Virus record (IMG/VR): IMGVR_UViG_3300001598_000048
Span: 1-64,000 of that record
Reading direction: 5' to 3' (one strand)
Length of the DNA: 64,000 nucleotides
Origin: a virus
Taxonomy: Duplodnaviria; Caudoviricetes
Shown: in pieces, positions 22,090 to 31,613 of the stretch
Numbering within the stretch: the stretch's first letter is position 1
How the letters are laid out: the number at the start of each line of letters is the position of its first letter
The notes under the pieces: generated by a model
Told to the model about the DNA's origin: nothing
The model's input: the letters and a program-made list of their open reading frames with translations, nothing else
Database searches by the model: none
Program-made: the position numbers and the translations under genes

Positions 22090-24348
22090 ATGGTAAATAA
22101 TCTTGACGAAAGAACGAAAACTGACTTTTTAGTCTATGCAAACAGTGTTATCAAAAGTCGTGCGATTCCATTCGTAGAAGATAACTTAAAACCTGTTCAT
22201 AGACGTATCCTATATACTCTTTGGTTAGATAAATTATATCCAGATAAGAAAACTAAAAAATGTGCTACTGAAGTAGGTAGAACAATGGCGTTAAATCCGC
22301 ACGGTGATGTCGCAATATATGGCGCTTTAATAAGATTAAGTCAACCTTGGAAATTAAGATATCCTTTAATATATTTACAAGGTTCAAATGGAAACTTATT
22401 AGGCGATCCATTCGCGGCTTCACGTTATACTGAATGTCGTTTAAGTCCAATTGGAATGTTAATGTTAGACGATATTGATAAAGATGCCGTTGAATTTAAA
22501 CCTAATTATGATGAAACAGTAGATGAACCAATTGTATTGCCATCTCGTTTCCCATATTTATTATGCGGAAATAATAGCGGTATTGCGGTTGGTATGAGTA
22601 GTGATTTAGTATCTCATAACTATAATGAAGTTGCAGATGGAATAAAATATTATTTAGACCATAAAGATTGTAGTATTGCTGATTTAATGAAATATATTAA
22701 AGGTCCTGACTTTCCAACTAAAGGAAAAATATTAAATGGTGAAGAATTAGAACAAATCTACACCTCAGGTCAAGGTGCGGTAAGAGTTCAAGCGCATTAT
22801 GATATTCATAAACAAAATAATGGTAAAACATTATTAGTATTTCACGATATTCCTTATGGAGTTGAAATAACAAGCGGAGTTTTAGCACCTTTAAAGAAAT
22901 TAGTTTTAGAAGAAGGATATGAAGCATTTGAAGATTTTTATGCTGAATGTACAAATCCTGATATGCAATATTATGATATATTTATTACACTTGCAAAAGG
23001 TGCAGATGTATTAAAGTGTTTAAGTATTTTATTCTCAAAGACAAGACTTGAAGATAGTATTAAGATTAATCAAACTGTTATCATAGATGGAGAACCGCAT
23101 TTATTAAATCTTAAACAATTAATTTCTTATTGGATTAATTTTAGAAGTGATATAATTGTTCGTATATCAAAAGATAATTATGAAAAAACAAATCATAAAT
23201 TAATTGTTACTCTTGGTTTACAAAAATGTATGTCTAATATTGATTTATTAGTATCTTTAATTAGAAATAGTGAATCTAGAGCAGATGCAAAAGTTAAAAT
23301 TATGAAAGAGTTTGTTCTTAATGATGAGCAAGCTGATGCGGTTTTAGATATGAAATTAAGTAAATTAAGTCGTTTAGATTTAGTAGCACTTGATGAAGAC
23401 GAAAAGAAATATCGTAACACATTAGCCGATCTTAAGAATATTATTGATAACGAAAATGTTCGTTATGAATTAATTAAACGTGATTTAGATGAAATGCGCA
23501 AAATTATCGGCGTAGATGAAAGATTAACTGAAATATCTTATAGACATCCAGTTATATCGAATGGCGAAGTAATTGAAATAAAAAGTAAAGAAGAATGGTT
23601 TGTATGTTCTGATGGCGTTATTTCTGCCAAAGATCAAACTACTTTAAGCGGCGTTAAAACACCTAGTGATACATTAAAAAATATTGTATATGCATATAAT
23701 AGAGATGATATTGTAGTTTTTACCGCTAATGGAGAAATGTGTCCAATAGGAAAAATGCCTTTAAGTTCTAATTGGAAAATATTTAAAGGATTTGCAAACT
23801 CTCAAAAGAAAAAAATAGTATCAGTTACAAAAAATGGTAATATCAAAGTTACTAATGCATCTGAATATCGTTTGAATAAAGTAGAAAAAGTTATGAAGTT
23901 AAAAGAAGATGATAGTTTAATTATGATAGATATGGTATCAGATGAAGATTTTATCATATTATATGATGGACAAAATCATATTCTTAAACTTGTGGTTAAA
24001 GATCTTCCAGTTGCATCAAAATTAACTGTTGGAGTAAAGAGCGGATTCTCAGTAGTTGAAAATGCTTTTGCGGCTACAGATAGCGATTTTATATTAACAG
24101 GAACTTCTGATAATAAATGTAAATATACATCTGTTAAAGATTTTAATATTGATAATCGTGGTAATAAAGGACAACAATTAACTGAAGATACAAAGTTTGT
24201 AACAAACTTTGATAATAGTAGAGATGCAGTTTATGTATTTCCTAAACAAGGCAAAGCGTTTACTGTGCCTAAAAATAAACTCTCAGTGAAGAGTAGAATC
24301 GCAATAGGAGCATCTATAACAACACGAGCGATAGTTAATATTTTGTAA
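22090..24348 (+). CDS. gyrA: Type IIA topoisomerase subunit A (GyrA/ParC-like)
   Basis: RAIP..EDNLKPVHRR, PHGD, FAASRYTE (catalytic Tyr), GIAVGM, GPDFPT, QADAVLDMKL. Confidence 0.95.
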   Translation: MVNNLDERTKTDFLVYANSVIKSRAIPFVEDNLKPVHRRILYTLWLDKLYPDKKTKKCATEVGRTMALNPHGDVAIYGALIRLSQPWKLRYPLIYLQGSNGNLLGDPFAASRYTECRLSPIGMLMLDDIDKDAVEFKPNYDETVDEPIVLPSRFPYLLCGNNSGIAVGMSSDLVSHNYNEVADGIKYYLDHKDCSIADLMKYIKGPDFPTKGKILNGEELEQIYTSGQGAVRVQAHYDIHKQNNGKTLLVFHDIPYGVEITSGVLAPLKKLVLEEGYEAFEDFYAECTNPDMQYYDIFITLAKGADVLKCLSILFSKTRLEDSIKINQTVIIDGEPHLLNLKQLISYWINFRSDIIVRISKDNYEKTNHKLIVTLGLQKCMSNIDLLVSLIRNSESRADAKVKIMKEFVLNDEQADAVLDMKLSKLSRLDLVALDEDEKKYRNTLADLKNIIDNENVRYELIKRDLDEMRKIIGVDERLTEISYRHPVISNGEVIEIKSKEEWFVCSDGVISAKDQTTLSGVKTPSDTLKNIVYAYNRDDIVVFTANGEMCPIGKMPLSSNWKIFKGFANSQKKKIVSVTKNGNIKVTNASEYRLNKVEKVMKLKEDDSLIMIDMVSDEDFIILYDGQNHILKLVVKDLPVASKLTVGVKSGFSVVENAFAATDSDFILTGTSDNKCKYTSVKDFNIDNRGNKGQQLTEDTKFVTNFDNSRDAVYVFPKQGKAFTVPKNKLSVKSRIAIGASITTRAIVNIL

Positions 24349-24357
24349 AAAATATAT

Positions 24358-24386
24358 TTGCTAAAATGGAAAAAATATACTATAAT
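24358..24386 (+). promoter_or_regulatory. sigmaA-type promoter followed by a 10-bp leader inverted repeat (24391-24420)
   Basis: TTGCTA-N17-TATAAT; TATATAAGGA/TCTTTATATA. Confidence 0.7.
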
Positions 24387-24443
24387 TAATTATATAAGGA
24401 AGTAGCCACATCTTTATATATTATTAGTTATAAGGAGTAAATT

Positions 24444-24710
24444 ATGGACGAAATTGTTTTAACTGATAATGGTAAAATAGTTTTAGCTTTTATGCAAAAG
24501 AACGATAAGATTTATGTTGGTAAAGACTTATCTGAATTAACTAATATTAAAGGTATCTATCCTGTACTTAACTCATTAGTTAAAAAAGATTTAGTTGAAC
24601 CTGCAGAATCTATCGTTAGAGATTTTACTAATAATAAAGGCGAAACTAAACCTAAAGAATATAAAACTTATCAATTAACTGAAAACGGTCGAAACTATAT
24701 AATCAAATAA
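24444..24710 (+). CDS. Winged-helix DNA-binding protein
   Basis: VLNSLVKKDLVE...YQLTENG pattern. Confidence 0.65.
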   Translation: MDEIVLTDNGKIVLAFMQKNDKIYVGKDLSELTNIKGIYPVLNSLVKKDLVEPAESIVRDFTNNKGETKPKEYKTYQLTENGRNYIIK

Positions 24711-24758
24711 TAAACAAGTGGCAAATAAAATATAAATAAATAGAAAGGTAAAAGAAAA

Positions 24759-25619
24759 ATGGAAAAATTTAAGAAAAATGAATTTACATTAGTCGGAACT
24801 TTAGCCAATGCAGACATTAAGTTAGGTAATAGAACTAATGATGGTGCTGGTTATGTTTCAGTAAAAGCAATCGTAACAAATAATATCAACGGAAGAAACA
24901 ATGAATTTGAAGTAGAATTTTATGCTTATGAAATGACTGCTAAAAAAGAAGTAAGTAAACTTTATACTAATTATGTAGAAATGAACAAATTAGTTGGAAA
25001 GAAAGTTGAAATTAATGGCTCATTAAAAGAAAATAGATATTGGTCTAACAATCAAGGTCAAATTATTTCTACAACAACTTTATCAGGAAAGTTTATTAAA
25101 GGCGCATTAGAAACTACTCCAGAAGTTGCTACATTTGTTATTGGTGGATTCGTAGCAAAAGAATTAGTAGAAAAGAAAAATAAGAATAATGAAATTTATA
25201 GATATGATTTAACTATTGCCCAAACTGATTATACTGAAACTTCATTAAATATGTTTACATTACATGTAAATCCAGATGAAACTGCAATTGTTAATGGCGT
25301 TAGAAATTATCAAGCTGGTCAAACAATTAAATTAGATGGTTCTTTATCATTCACTGTTGAAGAAAAAGTAGTTGAAGATACTAACACAGCATTTGGTAAA
25401 CCACTACCAAAAGTTTATAAGAATAAATCAAAGAACTTCTTTATTGAAAGCGGTTCAAATCCTATTAAAGATGAATCTAGTTATGATTCTGAAGCTATAA
25501 GAAATCTTATTGATGCTTATAAAGCTAAAGACGTTGAATTAGCAGCTGGTGCTAAAAAAGAAAACGCTCCTGTAGTAAAAGAAGCTCCAGTTAAGACTAG
25601 ACAAACAAGTTTAGTATAA
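24759..25619 (+). CDS. ssb: Probable single-stranded DNA-binding protein (two OB-like repeats)
   Basis: VEINGSL and IKLDGSL repeats; position before the annealing protein and helicase. Confidence 0.55.
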   Translation: MEKFKKNEFTLVGTLANADIKLGNRTNDGAGYVSVKAIVTNNINGRNNEFEVEFYAYEMTAKKEVSKLYTNYVEMNKLVGKKVEINGSLKENRYWSNNQGQIISTTTLSGKFIKGALETTPEVATFVIGGFVAKELVEKKNKNNEIYRYDLTIAQTDYTETSLNMFTLHVNPDETAIVNGVRNYQAGQTIKLDGSLSFTVEEKVVEDTNTAFGKPLPKVYKNKSKNFFIESGSNPIKDESSYDSEAIRNLIDAYKAKDVELAAGAKKENAPVVKEAPVKTRQTSLV

Positions 25620-25630
25620 TTTAATATAAT

Positions 25631-25658
25631 GGGCGAATAATTATTTTATTCGTCCTTT
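25631..25658 (+). terminator. Intrinsic terminator-like hairpin
   Basis: GGGCGAATAA/TTATTCGTCC followed by TTT. Confidence 0.65.
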
Positions 25659-25686
25659 AAATCAATTTTAGGAGATATAAATAGAT

Positions 25687-26448
25687 ATGGAAGAAAATAA
25701 AAATATAAACACATTTGAAATATTAAATAATATAAATTTAAACGACAAAACAAAAGAAAAAATTGGTTTAAAATATTTAAGTTGGGCTTATGCTTGGGGA
25801 GAATTAAAGAAAGCATTTCCAGATGCTTCTTATATAATTTATGATAGAGATATAACTACAACTGAAGAAATAATAACAAAAGAAGATGGATATGAAAAGA
25901 AAACTACAATAACTACAACAAACACAGTTCCATACTTTACAGATGGAAAAACTTGTTTTGTTAAAGTTGGTGTAAATATTAATGGAGTAGAATATATAGA
26001 ACAATTTCCAATAATGGATAATAAGAATAACTCTGTTCCTTATTCATCAATTACAATGGTTGCTGTTAATAAGGCTTTACAAAGAGCATTTGTTAAAGCG
26101 TGTGCAAGACATGGACTTGGATTATATATTTATGCAGGTGAAGATTTACCAGAAGCAGAAAAAACTGCGCCTCTTAATATAGATTTTAATGCCATAGCAA
26201 TAGAAGTATCTAATGCGGCTTTCAATCCTATTGAGGAACCGCAATTTAAATTAATGCTTGGTGATATCATTAATAAAGTTCAAAATGTTGCATATGTAGA
26301 TGAAGTTAAAACAGGTATATCAAATTATATAGTATCTATTAATCAAGGTAAACGTTTATCTCAATTATCATATAGTACAGATTGTTTAATGGTTCAAAAA
26401 ATAGACGCCTTTATTAAGAAAGTTGAAAGTCAACTTGATAGAGGTTAG
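25687..26448 (+). CDS. DUF1071/Sak3-like single-strand annealing protein
   Basis: YLSWAYAW, NKALQRAFVKACARHGLGLYIYAGEDLP. Confidence 0.85.
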   Translation: MEENKNINTFEILNNINLNDKTKEKIGLKYLSWAYAWGELKKAFPDASYIIYDRDITTTEEIITKEDGYEKKTTITTTNTVPYFTDGKTCFVKVGVNINGVEYIEQFPIMDNKNNSVPYSSITMVAVNKALQRAFVKACARHGLGLYIYAGEDLPEAEKTAPLNIDFNAIAIEVSNAAFNPIEEPQFKLMLGDIINKVQNVAYVDEVKTGISNYIVSINQGKRLSQLSYSTDCLMVQKIDAFIKKVESQLDRG

Positions 26449-26450
26449 AA

Positions 26451-26876
26451 TTGGCATCTATTGCTAAAACAAGAAAAGAACTTGAAGAATTAATTAAGGA
26501 AGTGATGAGTATTACAACCATCACTCCTTTGATTAACAAACATATCGATGATTTAGTATTACTTAATGATATGACTTTTCTTGAAATTATGCGTTGTATA
26601 GTTTATATAGATGAAGTATTGCAACGCAAAATAGAACCATTTTATGGTATTAAAACCCAAGTTTTAAGCATAAGAGAACAATCAAATAAATATTTTAAAC
26701 AGAAGGAACTTGACCTTCAAAAACAATCTGAAGAAGGCGCGAAGATTGTACAGTATCAAGACAATAATATTATATTCAACATAAAATCATTAAAAAGTAA
26801 AAAAAGAAATCCTAAACAATTTTTTGACGTGGCGGAAATAGAACTTCCGCAAGGAGAAGAAAATGGCAATAGTTAA
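26451..26876 (+). CDS. Hypothetical replication-associated protein
   Basis: TTG start; coupled to the helicase gene. Confidence 0.55.
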   Translation: MASIAKTRKELEELIKEVMSITTITPLINKHIDDLVLLNDMTFLEIMRCIVYIDEVLQRKIEPFYGIKTQVLSIREQSNKYFKQKELDLQKQSEEGAKIVQYQDNNIIFNIKSLKSKKRNPKQFFDVAEIELPQGEENGNS

Positions 26877-28452
26877 AAAAGAATTGTTCGATAAGAACGC
26901 TTCTCTCTTTGTATTAAGTTGTTTAATGAGACGTCCACTTTTATTGCAAGATGACAAATATGCATTTGTAAAGACAGACTTTGATTCTCCGATTCATAGT
27001 ATGGTTTTTTATGCAATTTTTAATATGGCACAAGAAGGAGTTGAAAAAATAACTCCGCAAGATATAGACATTTATCTTAAACAATATAGTGCGCAATATG
27101 AATTTTATAAACAAAATAAAGGTTATGAATTTGTATTACAATGTTATCAAACAACAGAAGGAACAGATGACAAACAATTTGAAACATACTATAATCGTTT
27201 AAAAAAGTTCTCAATGTTAAGAGATTTAGAATCTATTGGTATCGATACAAGCGAATTTTATGATACTGAAAAAGATGCTCTTAATATGGATTTAGAAGAT
27301 GAAAAGTTAAATAAAATGAATTTAACTTCTATTCCTGAAAGAATTAGAGAACGATTAGTAGAAATTGAGAGTAGACATATAGGAAAAGATCAAGGCACAT
27401 CTCAAAATATTGGAAAGAATATGAGAGACCTTGTTAGAGAATTAAGAGAAAGACCAGAGGTTGGTTTGCCGTTAGATGGAGATATAGTTAATTTTGCGGC
27501 ACGTGGAGCCAGATTAGGTAAAATGTATATCTATTCTGCGCCATCTGGTGCTGGTAAAACAAGATATATGGTAGGTAATGCTTGTGCAATTAGTTTGCCA
27601 TATCTTGATGAAGATGGACGTATAGTAAAAAGAGACGATTATAAAAAAGTATTATTTGTTGCAACTGAAATGCAGGCAGATGAAATTCAAACATTAGTAT
27701 TAGCATATGTAAGCGGTGTTAATGAAAAACATATATTATTAGGTGATTATACTGCAGATGAACTTCAAAGAATAGAATGGGCTGAAGATATAATTGATAA
27801 ATATGCGGATAATTTTATCATTGAATGTATTCCAGATCCAAGTATAGCATTAATTAAAGCGCGTCTTGCTAAATATATAGTTCAAGATGAAATAGAATAT
27901 ATATTTTATGATTATATATTTAGTTCACCTGGATTATTAGGCGAATTTAGAGATATCGCAGTTCGTGAAGATGTAGCATTAATGATGTTAGCAAATAGTT
28001 TAAAAGAAACCGCAATGGTTTATAATGTATTTATTCAAAGTGCTACGCAATTAAATGATGGTTGGTCTAAAAAAGAAATTGGACTAAGAGATCAGAATTG
28101 TTTACGTGGTTCAAAAGCGATTGCGGATAAAATAGATATTGGTTTTATTGGTGTAAGAATTGCGGAAGAAGAAATGAAACAAATTGATGCTATTTGGCGT
28201 CAAATGTTATTGCAAGAACCGCATAAGTTTCAATCAAATAAACAACCAAACATAGTAATAGATATATATAAGAATAGACGTGGAGAATTAAATTGTGTTA
28301 AAGTATTTAGACATTTTGATTATGGAACTTGCAGATGCAAAGATTTATTTGTAACAGATGCACAATATAATGCCATTGGCGAGATTGGTATTTTAAAATA
28401 TGAAAAGCGTGCATATGACTTCTTAGATATGAAAACTAGAGGTGAATTATAA
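26863..28452 (+). CDS. dnaB: DnaB-like replicative helicase
   Basis: SAPSGAGKT, FVATEM, FYDYI, ATQLN, LRGSKAIADKID, IYKNRRG. Confidence 0.9.
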   Translation: MAIVKKELFDKNASLFVLSCLMRRPLLLQDDKYAFVKTDFDSPIHSMVFYAIFNMAQEGVEKITPQDIDIYLKQYSAQYEFYKQNKGYEFVLQCYQTTEGTDDKQFETYYNRLKKFSMLRDLESIGIDTSEFYDTEKDALNMDLEDEKLNKMNLTSIPERIRERLVEIESRHIGKDQGTSQNIGKNMRDLVRELRERPEVGLPLDGDIVNFAARGARLGKMYIYSAPSGAGKTRYMVGNACAISLPYLDEDGRIVKRDDYKKVLFVATEMQADEIQTLVLAYVSGVNEKHILLGDYTADELQRIEWAEDIIDKYADNFIIECIPDPSIALIKARLAKYIVQDEIEYIFYDYIFSSPGLLGEFRDIAVREDVALMMLANSLKETAMVYNVFIQSATQLNDGWSKKEIGLRDQNCLRGSKAIADKIDIGFIGVRIAEEEMKQIDAIWRQMLLQEPHKFQSNKQPNIVIDIYKNRRGELNCVKVFRHFDYGTCRCKDLFVTDAQYNAIGEIGILKYEKRAYDFLDMKTRGEL

Positions 28453-29528
28453 TGAATTTTAAAGAATTAAGAGATCAGTTATCAGATGAAATGATAAAAG
28501 ACATTCTCTCGCAATTTAATGTCGAACCATACAATGAAACTGCCGATGCAATTATATTCCCAACTTGTTGTCATAATTTAGAAGGCGGAAGTCCTAAATT
28601 ATATTATTATAAGTCAACAAAATTGTTTACTTGTTTTACAGATTGTTCTGCTACATTTGATATATTTACTTTATTACAAAAAATGTATCGTTTACGTGGA
28701 CAAGAAATTACTTTAAGACAAGCGATTCAAATTTGTGATTTAGATACAACTTATGTAAAAAATACAGATATAAGTTATAACTGCGCAGAAGATTTAAAGT
28801 ATTTACAAGAATTAAATAATACATTTTTACCTAATGTTGATTCTTTAGAATTTAAAACATATGATGCAAGTATATTAAATAGATATGCATTTGATTATAT
28901 GGGTTTAATGCCTTGGATACAAGAAGGAATCGGCATTGAAGCATTACAAAAGTTTAATATAAAATATGATAATTATAATGATTGCATTATTATTCCTAAC
29001 TTTGATTATGATGGAAAATTAATCGGCATTCGTGGTAGATATTTTAAAGATGCAGATGTGGCAAAAGGAAAATATAGACCAATTTATAATAATGGTATTT
29101 TATATAATCACCCTACTGGAAGAACTTTTTACGGCATTTTTGAAAATCATTTGAATATAGAACGTAAACATACTTGTGTTATTCTTGAAGGAGAAAAATC
29201 AGTTCTTAAATATGGAACGATTTATGGACAAGAAAATAATATTGCTCTTGCAACATTAGGACAAAACATAAGTAAAGATCATATTCAATATTTATTAAAA
29301 ATGAAAGTTAGAAATGTAATTTTAGCATACGATACAGATTATGAAGACTATGATCAATTAAAAGAAACAGAACAAAAATATATAGAAAAGGCAAAAATTT
29401 TAGCGCCATATTTTAATGTAAGTATATTAATGGATTATGATTTTACATTACCTTATAAATCAAGTCCTGTTGATGGTGGTAAAGAAACCTTTGAAAAGAT
29501 TTTAAAAAATAGGAGAATAATTCATTAA
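28452..29528 (+). CDS. dnaG: DNA primase (Zn finger plus TOPRIM)
   Basis: TCCHN...CFTDC, IIIPNFD..GKLIGIRGR, LEGEKSV, LAYDTD. Confidence 0.85.
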   Translation: MNFKELRDQLSDEMIKDILSQFNVEPYNETADAIIFPTCCHNLEGGSPKLYYYKSTKLFTCFTDCSATFDIFTLLQKMYRLRGQEITLRQAIQICDLDTTYVKNTDISYNCAEDLKYLQELNNTFLPNVDSLEFKTYDASILNRYAFDYMGLMPWIQEGIGIEALQKFNIKYDNYNDCIIIPNFDYDGKLIGIRGRYFKDADVAKGKYRPIYNNGILYNHPTGRTFYGIFENHLNIERKHTCVILEGEKSVLKYGTIYGQENNIALATLGQNISKDHIQYLLKMKVRNVILAYDTDYEDYDQLKETEQKYIEKAKILAPYFNVSILMDYDFTLPYKSSPVDGGKETFEKILKNRRIIH

Positions 29529-31336
29529 TGAAACAAATTAGATTAAAAACAAATCATTTAACTGCGAATAGTAAAAGTTATATAACAGATTATCTTGGAA
29601 CTCTCGGCGTAAAACTCGAAGATGTTCCAAGCTTTATAGATAAACCAAGAATTGAAGATGAAGAAAGTGCGGAAAAACTTTGCAATATTAAAAGAGCCGC
29701 CGAAGTATTAATGCTTCATTTGCAAGATATAAGAAATCAAAGTAATGTTTTCGTTCAAGTAGATAGTGATACAGATGGATATACTTCCGCAAGTATTATT
29801 ATTGATTATTTAAGAAGAAGATTTGATTGCAATGTGAAATGGCGTTTGCATAATGGAAAAGAACACGGCATTATAGTTGAAAGCATACCAAGAGAATGTG
29901 ATTTAGTTATTATTCCAGATGCTGGTTCAAATCAATTTGAAGAACATACTAAATTAAATAAATTAGGTAAAGATACTATTATATTAGACCATCACGAAGT
30001 TACAGATGAAAATCTTGATAAATTAAAAATCACTCCTGCCATTATTGTTAATAATCAATTAAGTGAAGAATTTAGAAATAAGAATTTAAGTGGTGCAGGT
30101 GTAGTATACAAATTTATAAAATATATTGATGAACATTATTTCGCATCTAATATGATTTATGAAGATTATACAGATTTAGCCGCCATTGGTATTATTGCCG
30201 ATGCAATGAATATGCTTCAATTAGATAATAATTTTATCGCATATAAAGGTTTAAATAATATTAAAAGTAATTTTATAAAAGAGATTGCGGCTCGTCAATT
30301 AAGAGGAATCAAAGATCCAGAACATTTAACAAAAATAGATGTAGCATTTTATATTGCACCTGTTATTAATGGTGTAATAAGAAGTGGATCAGTAGAAGAT
30401 AAAGAAGCGGTTTTTAGAGCCATAAGTGAAAATAATTGCACTGAGATGTTTGTTTCTACTTGGCGTGGAAATGAAAGAAATGAAACATTATATCAATATG
30501 CGGCTCGTTTAGCTTCAAATGCAAAGGCAAGACAAGATAGTTCAAAGAAAAAGAGTTTTGAATGGCTTTGTGAAAAAATTGAATCAGAAGGTTGGAATAA
30601 TGATAATATCATTATTGCTACTATGAATGAAAAAGAATCTGCTAAAGTTAGTTCTACAATTACAGGTTTAATTGCAATGGAATTGGTTAAACATTATAAT
30701 AAACCAACTTTAGTTTTAAGACAAACAGAAGAAAATGGAAAAGTAGTTTATGGTGGTAGCGGAAGAAATGGAAACTTTTATGGATTAAGTGATTTAAAGA
30801 GCGCATTACACGATGCTGGTGCTTATTTCGTAGAAGGACACGCTAACGCATTTGGTTCTATTCTTACACCTGAACAAATTCCAAGTATTAGACAATACTT
30901 TAATGAGAATCTTGACGCCGCAACATTTAATGACACTGTATATGATGTTGATTATTGGTTCTCAACAAATGAAGAGTTAGATTATAATATGCTTTATGAA
31001 TTAGCAAAGTATGAATTTTTATATGGTAATTCTATTCCTCAACCAAGAATTGCAATTGATACAAACTTTAATAATGATGATGTATATTTTATGGGTGCAA
31101 CTAAAAACTCAATTAAAATTATGGTTGGAAGAATTGGTTGTGTAAGTTTTAGTAATGATGTTTTAACTACACAACTTAAAAAGATGCCAAACGGAGGTCA
31201 TGCTACAATAGTTGGTAGACCGCAAATAAACGAATGGAATGGAACAATATCAGTTCAAATGATGATTGATGATATTAAATTAACTCCACCATTTACAACT
31301 CCAAAATTTAACGGCAATATTATAGATTTAATATAG
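29528..31336 (+). CDS. recJ: RecJ-like DHH ssDNA exonuclease
   Basis: VDSDTDG, IPDAG, ILDHH, LSGAGV, GSGR, EGHANAFG. Confidence 0.9.
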   Translation: MKQIRLKTNHLTANSKSYITDYLGTLGVKLEDVPSFIDKPRIEDEESAEKLCNIKRAAEVLMLHLQDIRNQSNVFVQVDSDTDGYTSASIIIDYLRRRFDCNVKWRLHNGKEHGIIVESIPRECDLVIIPDAGSNQFEEHTKLNKLGKDTIILDHHEVTDENLDKLKITPAIIVNNQLSEEFRNKNLSGAGVVYKFIKYIDEHYFASNMIYEDYTDLAAIGIIADAMNMLQLDNNFIAYKGLNNIKSNFIKEIAARQLRGIKDPEHLTKIDVAFYIAPVINGVIRSGSVEDKEAVFRAISENNCTEMFVSTWRGNERNETLYQYAARLASNAKARQDSSKKKSFEWLCEKIESEGWNNDNIIIATMNEKESAKVSSTITGLIAMELVKHYNKPTLVLRQTEENGKVVYGGSGRNGNFYGLSDLKSALHDAGAYFVEGHANAFGSILTPEQIPSIRQYFNENLDAATFNDTVYDVDYWFSTNEELDYNMLYELAKYEFLYGNSIPQPRIAIDTNFNNDDVYFMGATKNSIKIMVGRIGCVSFSNDVLTTQLKKMPNGGHATIVGRPQINEWNGTISVQMMIDDIKLTPPFTTPKFNGNIIDLI

Positions 31337-31344
31337 GAGAATAT

Positions 31345-31578
31345 ATGACTACAAAAGAATTTTCAAACAAATATAACTTACCATTAGATATAATAAATTA
31401 TAAATTTGATTTATTTTCAATGTTAGATTATTTATATATTGCTTTTACAAAAGAACAACTAATTGAAATGATTAGCGATTATTATGATAATGCAGATCAA
31501 ATATATAATGATTTAGAAAAAACAGTATTAGAAGGTAGTGAATTTTTAGGAAAATTAGTTGACAAAAAGAAAAAATAA
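31345..31578 (+). CDS. Hypothetical protein (77 aa)
   Basis: RBS AGGAG. Confidence 0.6.
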   Translation: MTTKEFSNKYNLPLDIINYKFDLFSMLDYLYIAFTKEQLIEMISDYYDNADQIYNDLEKTVLEGSEFLGKLVDKKKK

Positions 31579-31587
31579 TACTATAAT
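31559..31587 (+). promoter_or_regulatory. sigmaA-type promoter
   Basis: TTGACA-N17-TATAAT. Confidence 0.85.
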
Positions 31588-31613
31588 ATATTATATGTAA
31601 AAGGAGAATAAAA

